This document shows, one piece after another, positions 8,842-11,651 of a DNA stretch of 11,651 nucleotides. Numbering within the stretch: position 1 is the stretch's first letter; the number at the start of each line of letters is the position of its first letter. The stretch comes from Paraspadella gotoi. Its lineage: Eukaryota > Animalia > Chaetognatha. Position numbers and translations under genes: made by a program. Under the pieces are notes generated by a model, which had not been told where the DNA came from, ran no database searches, and saw only the letters and a list, made by a program, of their open reading frames with translations. The stretch is from contig JBJCIZ010000147.1 of NCBI GenBank assembly GCA_051294375.1, forward strand, positions 1 to 11,651, given 5' to 3'.

Positions 8842-10493
8842 TTAAAATCCATTCTTAACATTGCCTAAACTTGTGATCCACAATCGTTTTTACACTGATG
8901 ATGAATGAAAACTATTCTGAAACATGTCTGTAACAATGTGAATTAAAATCGTTGTGAAAAATTCAATATTTCTCTTATAAGCTTAACCAACGAAATGACA
9001 CGAAAAACCACACTTCTTAATTAAATAATAAAAAATAAATTTAAGAAAAATTTTTTTACCAAATCATTGAAAAAAATACAGGAGTTGCTTTGTTCAATTT
9101 TTAAATTAGCGTATCCTATGAAATGGTCTATCTTTTGCGCTTATTCGTGATAATTAAATTTAAGTTTTTAACAATTGGGACACACTATAACTGAAATTTT
9201 TAATTTGTTTGATACCAAATATTTTACGTCAACCTTTATTATGACTATGGTAGTATGACTATATATTTTATATTGCTGTTTTCGTGACGTTTTGCTGCGA
9301 AACCGATATGCTTATTATTTAGTATTTTAGTAAAGTATGTTAGTTAAAGTATTTAGTTTAACTGTTTTACGAATATGACAGGAAAAAACTGTTTGGTTCG
9401 GCTTGGAAAAATTAACGAACTGACAAAATCTGGAAATTGGGTATTCCTGATAGCAAAGTTTCAATGGGGAAGATAAGGCATGTACATCAGAACGGAACGC
9501 GCTAAGGACGATCCGTGAAGGGACGTATGGAGTGGATTGGCCAGGACTTCATGGTGAGGGTTAGGGATACGTAAAAGTAAAGAATCTAATTCTCCAAAAA
9601 AATTATATAATCCGGCAACAGCCGGGTGCTGAGATCCGCTCATTGGATGGGGATATCACTGTTGGCTTTATGCGGCTACGAGCCTCAGTGACCCTCCTGC
9701 TCACAGTGCGTCGCGTTAGGCTTTGACAACACAGAGGAAAGTCGCTAGGACTGTGGGAAGGATCGTAACGCTTGGGGAGGTGCGTTCCCCTCTGAAGCAA
9801 TGGGATTAGGCCAAACAATTGTGATGTTGAGGGCCAGAGTGAAGTATATTCGCACAATAGCAGAGTTCCGACTTGAATCTTACCTCCCCACGCCACAATT
9901 GTTTACACGCCAATTGTTTTTATTATACGAAAGCCATGACGGCCAATTGCTCATGATTGAGATGTGAGGCCAATTGACCTGAAATTGTGTATGGTCGGTA
10001 GGAATTGTTGAGTGGAAATGAGTTTAAATGAAAAAAACCATAAACACGTTTTCACTAATTGATTATGCTTCTTTTTATTTTATATTAAATGTAAATGCAA
10101 GATGTATAATTAATCAAATAATTAATCATTAATTAATCAATTAGGTCATTAAAAAATTCAATTATAATTATGAGTCAATTAATCTATCATTAATTAATTA
10201 ACTTGACCGTTAATAATTAATATTAATTATTAATTACGATAATACTCAAACTTGTTTAGATATTATCATTAAGTACAAATATCAACCTTTCAACCCTCCG
10301 AGAATCGAAAACGGATCGGAGGATCGGGCGAACGCCGCGGGAATTAATAATTAATAATTAATAATTTTTCCTATGGGGGGAAAGTTTTAAGTCCGAACCC
10401 TGTAGATTATATTATGATAATACGGTTGCCTACTTTGATAAATAATGCAATGAAAATTTGTAACTTAGTCTTGAGTCCCGTTGACACTTTCAG

Positions 10494-10820
10494 GTGAAAA
10501 ATGAATCGGACGGCTATCAGTGGACTTTCGGCGATTTGCTTATCGGATACAATTTTCACATGAATCCCCCTTGCGACGTCTTGGGCATGGCGAGAAACCA
10601 GAAATTTTCAACCAAGGACGTAGACAATGACAGGACGGACAAAAGAAATAACGCCGAACGCTATGGTTGCGGGTGGTGGCACAACGTCCTACTCCAGACG
10701 GGCCCAACCGCTCCGATGTATCCGAATGTTTTGGAAGGTTCCCACAACGCGATTAAATGCTCAATTAAGGGGGTGTATTCCACCCCCTCGGAATTCATGT
10801 TCGCTATTTTTCACGAATGA
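10494..10820 (+). CDS. Terminal exon encoding the C-terminal half of a divergent fibrinogen-related domain (Fibrinogen_C / FReD)
   Basis: tttcag acceptor at 10488-10493, so the GTG is Val rather than a start. VKNESDGY, RNQKFSTKDVDND, NNAERYGCGWWHN and AIKC match the FReD motifs VxxExxxY, NGxxFSTxDxDND, NCAxxxxGGWW and GIxW in correct order and spacing. Stop TGA at 10818-10820. Confidence 0.88.
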   Translation: MKNESDGYQWTFGDLLIGYNFHMNPPCDVLGMARNQKFSTKDVDNDRTDKRNNAERYGCGWWHNVLLQTGPTAPMYPNVLEGSHNAIKCSIKGVYSTPSEFMFAIFHE

Positions 10821-10909
10821 AATTGCTCGATTGATTATATTCTCTTGTGACGTTAGGAGAAATTCCCAGAAGCAAAGCGACAATTTTCGATTTTTTTTAT
10901 TTTTATTAA

Positions 10910-11169
10910 GGTCAGGGATCACTCAATTCAAACTATAAATAAATTAGTAGCAGCCCAAACGGTAAAGCGGTTCCTCATGAAATTTGACATGAATTACTTT
11001 TAGGTCACGGACTCCAATTATATCTCCAAGATATTTTCAAAATTCGCCTTCCTTCATAGAAAATTTGGTTGTTTTAGTCAATTTTTGGCATTAATTCCTT
11101 AATATCTTTGAAACGAAAAACCTTTTTCCAAAAAACCGCTCATAGAATCTCCCCCACCTTTCCTTTCTT
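10910..11169 (+). mobile_element. Kolobok-like MITE copy B (left end, internally deleted, right end not recognisable)
   Basis: TTAA (10906-10909)|GGTCAGGGATCACTCAATTCAAACTATAA matches 7743-7772. 10952-11169 matches 7918-8130 (e.g. attacttttaggtcacg, gccttccttcatagaaaatttg, atagaatctcccccaccttt). About 135 bp of copy A is absent. Confidence 0.85.
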
Positions 11170-11375
11170 GGAACAAAAAATCATCCGGCAAATGCAGTAA
11201 TTTAGTATAGATTTATTAGTGATACAGCTCCGAGAACGTACTCACACAGCATCTCGCTTTATAACTTAAAGTAAATTAAATTATAAATTAAATTATAATA
11301 ATAAAATATATAATATAAAATATATATAATAATTAAATTATAAATGTGTAGTGTTAGGCAGCTCGCTCGCTCTAT

Positions 11376-11405
11376 ACTATAGACTATATAGACTATAGAC
11401 TATAG
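11376..11405. repeat. Short tandem repeat (ACTATAG)n, about 4 units
   Basis: actatagactatatagactatagactatag. Confidence 0.8.
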
Positions 11406-11651
11406 CAACTCAGCAAGGTAAACCGTAAGGACAAGAAAGATCGAAGCAACAACAACACTCGAGCTCGGTTCGTGATCTTTGAAAAAATCGTTTCGACCCC
11501 TTCACTCGGTTTTTTCTCATCGGGAAACCTTCAATGAGCTTGGCCTCTTGACCTGAGTCAATTTGGAGAAACGAGTAAGGAAAGGTTTTTATGAATTGGC
11601 ATGCAAGCAGAGAGGGAGTAGGTTTTAACGTAATCGGGAAAGGTAGGGAAA

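Noticed and set aside
8635-9812. Scattered TTAGGC/TTAGGG telomere-like hexamers
   Set aside because: They are isolated single copies with no array.
9172-10486. Possible TIR or solo-LTR ends (caattgggac ... gtcccgttg)
   Set aside because: The match is short and imperfect, with no TSD and no clean TG...CA pair.
10627-10938. 103-aa overlapping ORF
   Set aside because: It is an alternative frame of the FReD exon that runs into MITE copy B.
11460-11478. cgagctcggtt-cgtgatc as the right end of MITE copy B (inverted match to 7780-7790 plus a TIR fragment)
   Set aside because: The match is short and mostly a self-palindrome, and no complete TIR or TTAA follows.

Overview
AT-rich eukaryotic genomic DNA, probably from an invertebrate. 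TTTCAG-type splice acceptors and a 35-42 nt intron suggest a nematode-like host, but this is inference. There is no prokaryotic operon, CRISPR array or RNA gene. Most of the window is repeats: a ~2.3-kb non-autonomous foldback-like DNA transposon with GC-rich palindromic arms (1000-3290), an inverted ~220-bp repeat pair (3301-3521 / 5474-5695), two minisatellites (18-bp and ~50-bp units), microsatellites, and two copies of a TTAA-flanked Kolobok-like MITE (7743-8841 complete; 10910-11169 partial). The one recognisable gene is a + strand, multi-exon fibrinogen-related-domain (FReD) gene. Its last exon (10494-10820) is intact but divergent. A middle exon (6960-~7268, carrying WSEYKMGF) and putative upstream exons are broken by frameshifts and stops, so it is either a pseudogene or affected by sequencing errors. 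I found no convincing evidence for a new biological system. The most notable items are the atypical FReD and the transposon architecture.
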